Assembly (NCBI GenBank): GCA_023481295.1
Contig: JAMCWF010000021.1
Coordinates: forward strand, 1 to 49,511
DNA: 49,511 nucleotides
From: Armatimonadota bacterium
Lineage (GTDB): Bacteria > Armatimonadota > Chthonomonadetes > Chthonomonadales > JAMCWF01
Reading direction: 5' to 3'
In this document: positions 35,524-45,289 of the stretch, in pieces
Numbering within the stretch: position 1 is the first letter of the stretch
Layout of the letters: every line of letters starts with the position of its first letter
Made by a program: the position numbers and the translations under genes
Notes under the pieces: generated by a model
The model's input: only the letters and a program-made list of their open reading frames with translations
Told to the model about the DNA's origin: nothing
Databases searched by the model: none

Positions 35524-36054
35524 ATGCGGTGCAAAGAGTACGAGCCGCTGCTCTCCGAATTAATTGATGAGGCATTGCCGCCACGGCAAGTATGGGAAGT
35601 GGAGCGCCATCTTGCAGTGTGCAATCGCTGCGCGCTGGTCTATAACGACCTGAAGCGCACGGTCGCGACGCTCCACTCGTTGGGGTCGAGCACCCCTTCC
35701 CCCGAATTCACTGAGGAACTCGCACACCAATTGCAGGCGCTGGGAAATCGTAAAGCGCCGCTGCGGGAGCTTGTCGGGTCCTATGTCCGTCGTGTGGTCT
35801 TGACCCGCACGGTAGCGGCCGCGGTGTTTGTTAGCTTGTTGGGCATGGCGGTTTTTTCAACGCCGCGATGGCTGAATCAAGCGGCGCCGCTCGCCCCCCA
35901 ACGGCCACCGGTTCCCAAATATGCCGCAATGGACCGGAGCGAATTTATGGCACTGGCGGTCAATGATCCGTTACAGGACGTTTCAGCGATCAGTCTGGAA
36001 TCACATACTTCCACCACAAACCATAGTAACCGCGTACCCGGCGTGCAGCATTAG
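35524..36054 (+). CDS. anti-sigma factor (zf-HC2 type), single-pass membrane
   Basis: N-terminal C-x26-H-x3-C-x2-C (CKEY...HLAVCNRC) and a central TM helix. The gene immediately follows the ECF sigma gene. Confidence 0.75.
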   Translation: MRCKEYEPLLSELIDEALPPRQVWEVERHLAVCNRCALVYNDLKRTVATLHSLGSSTPSPEFTEELAHQLQALGNRKAPLRELVGSYVRRVVLTRTVAAAVFVSLLGMAVFSTPRWLNQAAPLAPQRPPVPKYAAMDRSEFMALAVNDPLQDVSAISLESHTSTTNHSNRVPGVQH

Positions 36055-36063
36055 GAGCGGTTG

Positions 36064-37161
36064 ATGCGCAACCGCCGATTCGGGCAAGGCAGCCATCGCC
36101 TGGGAATTGTAACGATTGCACTTATTCTTCTGGCGCTTGCCTGCGCGTTGGCCTATTCCAATGATAGGGGACCTCACTCTTGGCGCCGCCATAATGTCTG
36201 GTATGAAAATCGGGGCGTTCACCTAGACCCAGCCGAGCAAAAAGTCCGCAACATAATGATTAAATGGCTCAAGGATGGTCACCGCACCCCCTATTCCGGC
36301 GTTCAAATCACCCAGATTATGCATCACGGTTTTTTGGAATCGAAGCAAATCGCCATGCATGGCGGCCCGGGCCAGATGCGGATACAATTTATCTCACCGC
36401 CGAAGCTGGCCGGTGAGTTGTTCCTGATAACCGATGGGCGCTTTTTTCACTACATCCCATCGCAAAACGTGATCCATCAGGGAGAGATTCCCCACGATGA
36501 GTTTGAACACCGAATGAGGGAGATCATGGAATCGTTTCTCGACGGACGCATTTCAATACAATTGGTGGGGAAAGATCGAATCGCAGAACGAAATTGTTCA
36601 ATACTGGAGATTAAGCCGAAGGGGAAAGGTTATTACAAGAGGGTGTGGATTGATAGCTCGACCGGTATCCGTTTAAAGATTGAAAAATTCAGCTCATCGA
36701 GCCGACCAATTTTCAACACTTTCTTCACCAAGATTCAGTTATGGCCGCATTTCCCACCGAACACTTTCAATCCCTACGCGCTTCCGAAGGTTCGCCACAT
36801 CGCAATCTTACCCCATGCCTTGCCGTACACAACCATAGGGGCGGCACAAGACGTGGTGCGCTACCCAATTCGAGAGCCTCATCTACCGTCTGGCTATCGC
36901 AATGTCGGCATCTGGATACTGGCGCGAAACGATCCGTTCTCCACCACCGCCCTCCGATATTCGAACGGTGTCAGCTCATTCGTGCTGTTTGAGCGGCCGC
37001 TGCCGCCCCCTCAATGGGATGACTACCAGGGACCGGAGCCGGCATCAAAAATCCGTTTACGAAACAACGTCGCCTACTGGCGCAGCCAACGCTATCAATT
37101 TACGCTCATCGGTGACTTGTCGGAAAGCGATCTTCTTGTGGTCGTCCGATCGTTGTTATAG
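36064..37161 (+). CDS. RseB/MucB-like (LolA-fold) periplasmic protein with DUF4367-like C-terminus
   Basis: Third gene of the sigma module. ATG at 36064 lies 6 nt after AGGAG. The C-terminal VAYWRSQRYQFTLIGDLSESDLLVVVRSL pattern supports the call, which remains tentative. Confidence 0.5.
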   Translation: MRNRRFGQGSHRLGIVTIALILLALACALAYSNDRGPHSWRRHNVWYENRGVHLDPAEQKVRNIMIKWLKDGHRTPYSGVQITQIMHHGFLESKQIAMHGGPGQMRIQFISPPKLAGELFLITDGRFFHYIPSQNVIHQGEIPHDEFEHRMREIMESFLDGRISIQLVGKDRIAERNCSILEIKPKGKGYYKRVWIDSSTGIRLKIEKFSSSSRPIFNTFFTKIQLWPHFPPNTFNPYALPKVRHIAILPHALPYTTIGAAQDVVRYPIREPHLPSGYRNVGIWILARNDPFSTTALRYSNGVSSFVLFERPLPPPQWDDYQGPEPASKIRLRNNVAYWRSQRYQFTLIGDLSESDLLVVVRSLL

Positions 37162-40100
37162 TGCGGTATCGGTCCGGCCGCCCCACAATTTTCTCCGCAC
37201 CCACGCCGCTGCATCATCGGCCACGCTGTACACCACCGGTATCATAATTAAAGTTAAGATGGTGGATACCAGCAGTCCGCCGATAACCACGATGGCCATC
37301 GGCGCCCTCAACTCAGAAGCGCGCCCGATCCGAAGTGCAACCGGCAGCATGCCCAATATGGTGGCAATGGTAGTCATTAAGATCGGTCGAAGGCGGGTTG
37401 CTCCCGCTACAGCAAGGGCATTGGTCCGATTCATACCTCGTTGTCTTAGGGTGGCGGTGTAGTCCACCAACAAAATAGCATTGCGACCCATCAAACCTAC
37501 GAGCATAATCACCCCGATCATCGCAACCAGACTAAAGGATTCTCCGGATATGACCAGCGCAACCAGCGCCCCGCCCATGGCCATCGGCAGGGTAAACATA
37601 ATGACGAACGGATTTAACAGCGAGTTGAAGAGTGAGGCCATTGCCATATAGACCAGCAAAACCGCCAATATCAGCGCATTGATAAAATAGGACGCGTTTT
37701 CGGAGAGCACTTCCGCTTCACCGCCCCAGTGCATCGTGATCCCCTGCATCGGGATATCGGCCATCCGCTCACTGATTGCTTGCTCGGCATCGCTCAATGT
37801 ATACCCGGGCGCCAGATTAGCGGTTACCGTAACCTCCCGCTGACCGTTCACATGATCAATAGCCGGCGGAGTGGAGCTGTAGCGGATGTTTGCCACATCG
37901 GCGATGGTCACCGGTCCGCCGTTCGACGCGCCCACCGGGATGGACCCGATCTGGTTTGGATCGTTGCGGTCTACACCCGCAAGCTGAATATGAACTGGAA
38001 TGTCGGTGCCCATCTCCCGATATAGGACATCGGTGTTGCCCTCGATGGCGTCTCGTAGCGTGGCACCGACTAAATCGGGAGGGATATTCAGAGCGGCTGC
38101 GCGCTCGCGATTTACTTGAACCTCGACTTCCGGGGCACCGCTGCGGAGTAAAATGGAGGGATCGAGGATGCCGGGCAAGTGCAGCATTCTTTCCCGAAGC
38201 TGGGTCGCTGCGCTGGTCAGATCGGTTAAGCTCTGCCCTCGCAGCTCAATTTGGACGGGTGGGCCGGCCGCCGCCACGTTTCGCACCGCCGCCACCTGTA
38301 TCGTCGCCCAGGGAATGAAGCGCAATTTTTTTCGAAGGATGGTCGCGATCTGTTCATCGCTTTGGGTGCGCAAATTCGCTTTGGGGAAGATCGGTGATAA
38401 TAACTCATCCAGTACCCCCTTTCGGGGTAATAATCGCACATTCACCTGCGCATATTGCTGCCCTTCTTGGGGAGTAGCGCCGAAACCGCCCATTATCTCG
38501 CCGACCGTAGTCACATAATAACGAACGCCGGCTGTATTCCGTACAACCTGCTCGACCTCGCGAGCCACGTTGTCGGTGGCTGCAATGGAAGAATCGGAGG
38601 GCATCTCGATGGTGATTGCGATCTGCCCCTGGTCAATTCCCGGCAAAAACTCCACCCCCAGCGACGGGAGCGAAAAGAGAGCCGCCGCCACTAGCAGCGC
38701 GATCCCGCCGGCAAGAACCAGACTTCGATTATGGAGCGCCCATACAATCACACCGTGATAGAATGAATCCAGTTTGCTGTAAAGCAGATCAAACCGGTGA
38801 AATAGGCCTCCGCTCGAGACAAAGGTTTCTCCGCCTCGATACCATCGTGAGGCCAGCATCGGCGTGATGGTAAACGAGACCAGCAGTGAGAAAAGGGTCG
38901 CACTGACGACGGTAAGCCCGAACTGACGGAAAAACCCGCCCACGATCCCTCCCATAAACGCGATCGGCACGAATACGACGACGTCAACCAGCGTCAGAGC
39001 GATGCTGGCCAACCCAATTTCAGTTCGGCCATTGAAAGCGGCCTCAACCGGTGTCTCACCGTTTCGCAGGTGCCGGATGATGTTTTCCAATACCACGATG
39101 CTGTCATCAATCAAGATACCGACCGAGAGCGAGAGGGCGAGCAATGTCATCTGGTTGAGGGTGAATCCAGCAAAGTACATCACCAGGAAAGTGGCCACAA
39201 TGCTGGTTGGAAGCGCGATGGATACGATAACGGTCGCCCGCACGCTATGAAGAAACAAGAAAACCACCGCAGTGGCGAGAATCGCGCCTAAAATGAGGGT
39301 GGCGTCCACATCCTCCAGCGCGTTTCGTATGGTGATGCTGTCGTCCTTGGAAATGACGATCTGAGTGTCGGCCGGCAGCCGTGATCTCAAAGATTGCAGC
39401 TTTCGCTTCACCCCGTCGGCCACCGATACCGTATTGGCATCAGAGTGCTTGCTGATGACCAGCGAGACGCTCTCACGCCCCTGGACACGATTAATTAAAG
39501 TGGACTTGGCGGGACCTTCCCAGACGTTTGCCACATCTCCAACCGTCAAGGGAGCGACCGGATTGGCGCCAGATGACATATTTCCGGCCGCAGCCATTGA
39601 TGCCATCGAGATAATCTGAGTTCGACGGATATCTTGCAGCCGTGTAAATGCGCCGGCCGTTTGCACCGTAAAGTTCCTCAGTCCCTGAGTAATGGTGCCG
39701 GCCGGAACGTTATGGCTGGCCGCTTTGAGAGAGTTCACCACATCCTCGATCGTAACCCCGTATTGCTGGAGCCGCTGCGGATTCACTTCCACGTGTACCT
39801 CGTTGGCCTCACCGCCGATCACATCAACCGTCGCTACACCCGGCACTCGTGCGATTTGTGGCTTTAAGACGGTGTCGACCAGATGCCTCAACTCGCTGAT
39901 CGGCTCATTGCTGGACAACCCGATGTAAAGAATCGGCAGCGCATTGATGTCCAGCTTGGCGACGACCGGCGGCAGCACCTCCGGCGGTAGCGTCATTTTC
40001 ACGGCATCTACCTTTTGCCGTACTTCGGCCGCCGCCGCATCCAGATTGGTGCCCAGGCTGAAGTCGAGACTGATTATCGAGACCGAAGTTTGGGAGCGGG

Positions 40101-40344
40101 AATAGACGCCCTTAACCCGGTTTACTGAACCGACCGCATCTTCAAGCGGCTTGGTGACCAGCGCTTCGACCTCCAGTGGCCCGGCGCCGGGAAACACGGT
40201 GGTGACGGTTAAGGTGGGAATGCTGACCCTGGGGTTTAACTCGGCCGGAAGTCGGCGGGCGGCCTCAATCCCGAGCAACATGATCGCGGCCAAAACCATC
40301 CAGATAAAGATGGGGCGCGTGATTGCAGTGCGGGTCAGCCACAT
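37156..40344 (-). CDS. RND efflux transporter permease, AcrB/HAE1-like
   Basis: 1062 aa with 12 TM helices and two large periplasmic loops. The N-terminus TRTAITRPIFIWMVLAAIMLLG...LPAELNP is typical of the family. Confidence 0.85.
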   Translation of the reverse strand: MWLTRTAITRPIFIWMVLAAIMLLGIEAARRLPAELNPRVSIPTLTVTTVFPGAGPLEVEALVTKPLEDAVGSVNRVKGVYSRSQTSVSIISLDFSLGTNLDAAAAEVRQKVDAVKMTLPPEVLPPVVAKLDINALPILYIGLSSNEPISELRHLVDTVLKPQIARVPGVATVDVIGGEANEVHVEVNPQRLQQYGVTIEDVVNSLKAASHNVPAGTITQGLRNFTVQTAGAFTRLQDIRRTQIISMASMAAAGNMSSGANPVAPLTVGDVANVWEGPAKSTLINRVQGRESVSLVISKHSDANTVSVADGVKRKLQSLRSRLPADTQIVISKDDSITIRNALEDVDATLILGAILATAVVFLFLHSVRATVIVSIALPTSIVATFLVMYFAGFTLNQMTLLALSLSVGILIDDSIVVLENIIRHLRNGETPVEAAFNGRTEIGLASIALTLVDVVVFVPIAFMGGIVGGFFRQFGLTVVSATLFSLLVSFTITPMLASRWYRGGETFVSSGGLFHRFDLLYSKLDSFYHGVIVWALHNRSLVLAGGIALLVAAALFSLPSLGVEFLPGIDQGQIAITIEMPSDSSIAATDNVAREVEQVVRNTAGVRYYVTTVGEIMGGFGATPQEGQQYAQVNVRLLPRKGVLDELLSPIFPKANLRTQSDEQIATILRKKLRFIPWATIQVAAVRNVAAAGPPVQIELRGQSLTDLTSAATQLRERMLHLPGILDPSILLRSGAPEVEVQVNRERAAALNIPPDLVGATLRDAIEGNTDVLYREMGTDIPVHIQLAGVDRNDPNQIGSIPVGASNGGPVTIADVANIRYSSTPPAIDHVNGQREVTVTANLAPGYTLSDAEQAISERMADIPMQGITMHWGGEAEVLSENASYFINALILAVLLVYMAMASLFNSLLNPFVIMFTLPMAMGGALVALVISGESFSLVAMIGVIMLVGLMGRNAILLVDYTATLRQRGMNRTNALAVAGATRLRPILMTTIATILGMLPVALRIGRASELRAPMAIVVIGGLLVSTILTLIMIPVVYSVADDAAAWVRRKLWGGRTDTAL

Positions 40345-40469
40345 TGCGGATATGGGATTCCAGACAGCGAAGCGGGCTTAGCGCAAATTGATTGATGTTG
40401 GTTGAATGCTATGGTCATTAGTGAAAAATCAAACCAATTAATGAGTAGTAAATAGGTCTATCAAATCCA

Positions 40470-41996
40470 TTATTGAGAGCTGAAGTGCACCCGGCTACCG
40501 GGTGTGAGCAGCGAGGGAGCGCTGACAATCACCTTTTCACCCTCCTGTAGGCCGGAAGAGATCAGCATATACTCGCCCGATCGGCCGGCGACCGTTACTG
40601 ACCGGCGGAGCGCGATGTCGTTTTTCACCACGTAAACATAGGTGAAGGCGCCTTCAGTATGTATCGCCTCTATTGGGATTGATACATACTGCTCATTTCC
40701 AGCGATGTTAATCACCGCTTTGGCGGTTAAATCGGGATTCCATTGACCCGGTGGAAGCGAGATTCGGATTGGAAAGCTCCGATTGTCCGGTCCAGCCGCC
40801 GGAGAAACATAGCTGACACGCCCGTACTCGACCTGTCCGGGATGAATGTCGCTGATCACGGCTGCTGGTTGGCCGACCTTGACGAGGCTGGCTTGATCGG
40901 CGGTGATCGCCGCTGTAAATCCGGCTCGTCGGGTGGAGACCACTACACAGATCGGCTGGCCTGGTTGGGCGATATCACCCACGTGCGCACTCAGGTTTAC
41001 CACCACACCGGTCACCGGGCTCACTATCTTTTCGCGGAGAAGCTGGAGATCGGCGGCGTTCAGTGCCGCCTTCGCCTGGCTCACCCCGGCGGCCGCTGCC
41101 GCGATTTCTGCAGTCGCTATCTGCAAAGCCGCCTTTTTGCCGCCTTTGCATTGATAAAGGGCCGATCGAGCCTCGGCTACTCCCTTGCGGGCTACCTCGA
41201 TATCCTGCTCGCTGACGTTCACCCTAAGCGGTCCGGATTGGCGAACCGGCTTTATTGCCGATTGTGCAGCGGCTTCTCCAGCTTTAGCGGCCTGATATTG
41301 TGCTTGCGCGACCTGGTATTGGGTTTTGGCTCCATCGAGATCCACCTTAGCCACGCCACCGTGCTGGTAAAGGAAGGTCAGGCGTTTTAACGTGGCGGCC
41401 GCCGAATCGAGGCCGGCTTTAGCCTGTTGCACGACTGCCTTTGCTTGCTGTAAGCCAGCCAGTGCCTTTTGCTCATCGCTTTTCGCCTCGATACCAGTGA
41501 GCTTTTCGGCGCTTTCGGCTTGATTTAGTCGTAACTGAGCGGTGCTCAATGCCGTTTGGGCTTGAGAAATCTGTGCACTGAGTTCAATACTTTTAGCTTG
41601 ATAACCCCGATCTGCGCGCCGATACTGAGCTTCGGCTGATTGCAGCCCGGCGGCGGCCCGGCTTACTTGAGCATCCAGGTCCGGTGAATAGAGCTCGCAA
41701 ATCAGTTGGCCACTGGAGACCTTCTGCCCGTCCACCACCGCAATATGGGTGATCGGCGCTGGAAGCTGGCTGGTGATCGTAACATTGCTAGTGCTTCGAA
41801 TGATGCCAAGTACCGATAAAGTTCGGCGTGAGGGGCGCACGCTGGCCGTTGCGACGGTTACCGGGATTCCCTCCGAGACGTACGACGGTGTGGTTGAAGT
41901 GACGCTGATATGGGGTGCATTTGAGATGGCACGGTTATAGGCGATTGCAATAACCAGTATCGCTGCAATGATGAACCAGGGCAAAATCCGTCTCAT
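40470..41996 (-). CDS. RND/HlyD-family periplasmic adaptor (membrane fusion protein) with extended coiled-coil hairpin
   Basis: 508 aa with an N-terminal anchor, a long A/Q-rich coiled coil and a beta-barrel C-terminus. The start overlaps the tolC-like stop by 4 nt. Confidence 0.75.
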   Translation of the reverse strand: MRRILPWFIIAAILVIAIAYNRAISNAPHISVTSTTPSYVSEGIPVTVATASVRPSRRTLSVLGIIRSTSNVTITSQLPAPITHIAVVDGQKVSSGQLICELYSPDLDAQVSRAAAGLQSAEAQYRRADRGYQAKSIELSAQISQAQTALSTAQLRLNQAESAEKLTGIEAKSDEQKALAGLQQAKAVVQQAKAGLDSAAATLKRLTFLYQHGGVAKVDLDGAKTQYQVAQAQYQAAKAGEAAAQSAIKPVRQSGPLRVNVSEQDIEVARKGVAEARSALYQCKGGKKAALQIATAEIAAAAAGVSQAKAALNAADLQLLREKIVSPVTGVVVNLSAHVGDIAQPGQPICVVVSTRRAGFTAAITADQASLVKVGQPAAVISDIHPGQVEYGRVSYVSPAAGPDNRSFPIRISLPPGQWNPDLTAKAVINIAGNEQYVSIPIEAIHTEGAFTYVYVVKNDIALRRSVTVAGRSGEYMLISSGLQEGEKVIVSAPSLLTPGSRVHFSSQ

Positions 41997-43327
41997 TGAG
42001 CGGCAGCACCATCTCCAATTGCATGATCAAGCTCGACATCGGCCAACGCGAGATCTCCTTGGGTCTGCACCATCTCCGTTTGCACTTTGGTGAGCTGCAA
42101 CCGGGCGTTTGCCACCTCCATCTCGGTGGCAGAGTGTGCTTCCAACCTCAGCAGCGCTACCTTATATACCTGTTCTCCCAATTTCTCCTCTTTGTCCAAC
42201 CATTTAAATCGTTCGGCCGCCTCTTGCTGATCGGCCACCGCCTTCCGAACCTGCAAAGTTATACCTAACTCGGCATCCTTAAGCAGTTCATTCAACTGAT
42301 CGCGTCGAGCGATTGCTTGCAGCCGGTCCCGGTGCGATTTACCTCCGTCCAGCAACGGCCAGGTTACTTTGAGCCCAAGGGATCCGTAGTCGTAATGCTC
42401 AAAGGCGGAGGGCGTCTGAGTGAGTAGCCGCCCCTCTAGGCTAAGGGTAGGGGAAGATTCAGTGGAAGCCAGTTGAATCCCTGCCGATGCGGCGGACAAA
42501 TGATCGCGAAGCCCCTTGATCTCCGGGCGATTTTGCAGAGCCCGCTGAACCAGCTTTTCCACCGTGTCCGGCGGCTGACCGGAAAGCGATGGGGTGGATG
42601 GCGGCAGGGTAGGGGAGGCGATGGGCCCGATCGGTGTCGAGATCGGCCGCCCTAGACTCCGATTCAACTCTCCTTCAGCCAGCATAACCCCGTTTTGTGC
42701 CTTAATCATAGATTGGTTGGCGTCGGCCACCTCCGCCTCGGCTTGAAGCTCATCCTGTTGGGAGACGGTGCCGGCTGGCAGCAGCACCTTTTGGACCAGA
42801 TGGAAATGCTCCTTCGCCAGCTTGAGCGCGTCTTGTGTAACCCCCAACATAGAGCGGGCTACCCAAAGTTGGATGAAATCCTGGCGCACCTGCCAAACCG
42901 TATCCTGAACCGCTTGCTCGTAGTCGAGCCGACTGGCCTCCTTCTCATTGCGAAACCGGCGATTGGCGGCCCAAACGCTTGGTTGAAAAATCGGCTGCTC
43001 CAGACGTGCTTCCACTTTTCCATAGCGGCGTGGTAAGACCGTCGCGCTGCCGGTTGCCCCGCGTGGAAATGTGACCCGTGGTCCCTGTTCCATTCCTTTT
43101 GCTTCAATGGTCAGGTCAGGAATGAAAGCCGGCTCTTCGGAGGTCAGTTGAGCGATGTTGGCCTTCATCTGATCCCGGCTTGCCTTCAATTTGGGATTGT
43201 TTTTTATGGCGAGCGCCACCGCCGCCTGCATCGTGAGCAACGGCTGGTCAGCCGGAGCCATTGCAGGAAACATGATGCCAAAAGCAAGCAGGGCGGCACA
43301 AATCGGAATATGCGGCCGGCGGTTCAT
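41993..43327 (-). CDS. TolC-family outer-membrane efflux protein
   Basis: Two OEP repeats. I chose the ATG at 43327, which gives the signal peptide MNRRPHIPICAALLAFGIMFPAMAPA. The ORF-track TTG at 43426 is the alternative. Confidence 0.75.
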   Translation of the reverse strand: MNRRPHIPICAALLAFGIMFPAMAPADQPLLTMQAAVALAIKNNPKLKASRDQMKANIAQLTSEEPAFIPDLTIEAKGMEQGPRVTFPRGATGSATVLPRRYGKVEARLEQPIFQPSVWAANRRFRNEKEASRLDYEQAVQDTVWQVRQDFIQLWVARSMLGVTQDALKLAKEHFHLVQKVLLPAGTVSQQDELQAEAEVADANQSMIKAQNGVMLAEGELNRSLGRPISTPIGPIASPTLPPSTPSLSGQPPDTVEKLVQRALQNRPEIKGLRDHLSAASAGIQLASTESSPTLSLEGRLLTQTPSAFEHYDYGSLGLKVTWPLLDGGKSHRDRLQAIARRDQLNELLKDAELGITLQVRKAVADQQEAAERFKWLDKEEKLGEQVYKVALLRLEAHSATEMEVANARLQLTKVQTEMVQTQGDLALADVELDHAIGDGAAAQ

Positions 43328-43500
43328 TGCTTTGTAATGGCCGGTAGGCTTCAACCTTCTCTTCCGTATCCTGGATGTCGGATGAGTGGCCATCATTTCA
43401 ATGAGTAATGCGGTTGGGGTTTGCAAAATTGATATTCGCGCCTGTCAGATTGGAATTCAATACCGTATTTATTTACTGAACTGCGGTGTTTTTTTTCGAG

Positions 43501-44313
43501 TTAATTTTCACGTTTCGACTGGCATGCGATAAGATTCGTCAGGTAATTTTCGATGCTGGCGGCTAAAATCCCTGCTGCAAGGCGGCTGTTGCGATTCAAG
43601 CGGAGCAACTCAGGCATGCCTGCTGGGTGAGTTAGAATCCATCGGGCAAGCAGCCAACCTTTTGGGCGGCCGAATTCATCGGTGCAGCTCAACAGGTCGC
43701 TCGGCAGGGTCTCGGCGGACCCATCAGAGATGGCCCGTATGATAGCGCAAGGGATTCCCGCTGAATGTGCGCGGTTTGCCAGCGATGCCGATTCCATATC
43801 TATCGCCACTGCGCCGGTCCGCCGAAATAGATCGGCCTTTTCAGTGGGGGAGGTCACGATTTGGTTGACGGTTAGAAGATGACCCCTCACCAAGCGGACA
43901 CCATACAGGCAAGGTATCATCTCGCTATCAAGGAATGAATTTAATGGAATGGGCGCAGACTGTTGTTCAGCGTCCATAACGGCATTCGGTAGGACTACCG
44001 TTCCAATCTTCACCGCCGGGTCCAAAGCGCCGGCCAATCCAGCGATCAGTAAAAGATCAGGCTTGAATCCGGCTACGATCGTATCAAACACCTCTGCGGC
44101 TCGAAGCGAACCGACACCCGTCACCCCCAGAATGAAAAGGATGTTTTTCCGTCGTGATTGCAACAGCTTAAGATTGCCAGCCGGTATGGACGTATTTATC
44201 TTTAAACGGCGCCTGATCGCTTCCTGTTCCATCCAGAGGGCGGTAAGAATCAAAACCGTCTTACTTGGCGGCGGCTCCGGCGTAGCTGTTTGCTTCTTCA
44301 GTTGTATCCTCAT
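43501..44313 (-). CDS. hpnG: hopanoid-associated phosphorylase (PNP/MTAN family)
   Basis: VLILTALWMEQEAI, GLAGALDP and AIDMESASL motifs in a hopanoid gene context. The ORF-track start overlaps ispH by 53 nt. A TTG at 44253 is a possible shorter start. Confidence 0.7.
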   Translation of the reverse strand: MRIQLKKQTATPEPPPSKTVLILTALWMEQEAIRRRLKINTSIPAGNLKLLQSRRKNILFILGVTGVGSLRAAEVFDTIVAGFKPDLLLIAGLAGALDPAVKIGTVVLPNAVMDAEQQSAPIPLNSFLDSEMIPCLYGVRLVRGHLLTVNQIVTSPTEKADLFRRTGAVAIDMESASLANRAHSAGIPCAIIRAISDGSAETLPSDLLSCTDEFGRPKGWLLARWILTHPAGMPELLRLNRNSRLAAGILAASIENYLTNLIACQSKREN

Positions 44314-45250
44314 AGCTAATCAGGTAATTGCGCACCTCTTCCACCAGAGCCACCGGTGTAGAGAGACCGGAGGCCACCCCGATCGTGTTTGCCCAGGTAA
44401 AATCCTCCGGCCGGAGCTGAGATGCGCATTCGATGTGCATCGTTTTTGGATTGTGATATCGGCACAATAAGTAAAGCTCAACGGTATTGGCGCTTGTGCT
44501 GCTGCCGACCACAATCATCAAATCAACATGTGAGGCGAGGTCAAGTGCGTCGTCCTGCCGATTTTGCACCGGGCGGCAAATCGTATTGATGATCTGCACC
44601 TCTTTGCACAGGTAAATCAGCTCGTTTACGATGGGGTAGCACATCTCAAGCGCATGGGTCGTCTGAAAAATGACGCCCACCTTGCGCAACAGGCGGTGCT
44701 CCTCCTTTGCCTTGTGCAGCTCTTCGACCGTATTTATTACAAGAGCCGGCTTTTCCAACACGCCCATGATGCCTTTTATTTCCGCATGACTGGCGTCCCC
44801 GATGATAATCACCTGGCATCCTCGGTCTTGAAGCGATTGCGCCGCCTCCTGTGCCCTCAAAACGATGGGGCAGGTCGCATTGACCACATCCAGCCCAAGG
44901 TTTCTCGCCTCTTGGATGCTCTCCTTCGGCAAACCATGAGCCCGGATCACCATCGTGCCGCTGGTCCGGTTTTCAAAATCGTCGGTCTTCTTTAATCCCT
45001 TCGCCTCCAACTCGGCGGTCACTGATTTATTGTGAACCAGGTCGCCCAGAATAAACACATCCTCTCGTTCGGCCAGTGCTTGTCGGGTCAAATTAATGGC
45101 CCGCTTCACCCCGAAGCAGAAGCCCACCTCGCCGGCTAAGATCACCGTTCGCTGGTTAGTGCGGGTAATTTTACGCTCCTCACGAACCTTTCTGGCCTTT
45201 GGGTTCAGCGCCTTCTTCGCTTTTTTTACAACGGAAGAGGACTCTTCCAT
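44261..45250 (-). CDS. ispH: 4-hydroxy-3-methylbut-2-enyl diphosphate reductase
   Basis: GFCFGVKRAI, LVHN and ATCP motifs. It carries an unusual Lys/Arg-rich N-terminal extension of about 35 aa. Confidence 0.85.
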   Translation of the reverse strand: MEESSSVVKKAKKALNPKARKVREERKITRTNQRTVILAGEVGFCFGVKRAINLTRQALAEREDVFILGDLVHNKSVTAELEAKGLKKTDDFENRTSGTMVIRAHGLPKESIQEARNLGLDVVNATCPIVLRAQEAAQSLQDRGCQVIIIGDASHAEIKGIMGVLEKPALVINTVEELHKAKEEHRLLRKVGVIFQTTHALEMCYPIVNELIYLCKEVQIINTICRPVQNRQDDALDLASHVDLMIVVGSSTSANTVELYLLCRYHNPKTMHIECASQLRPEDFTWANTIGVASGLSTPVALVEEVRNYLISYEDTTEEANSYAGAAAK

Positions 45251-45289
45251 ATTGGTAAAACTCCTCTCGATTGGAGCTATTGTTGCAAT

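Noticed and set aside
37156-40344. RND transporter as the hopanoid exporter HpnN
   Set aside because: Its size (1062 aa), its AcrB-like N-terminus and its partnership with TolC and an adaptor point to the HAE1/AcrB type rather than the HpnN subfamily. It is retained only as a synteny observation.
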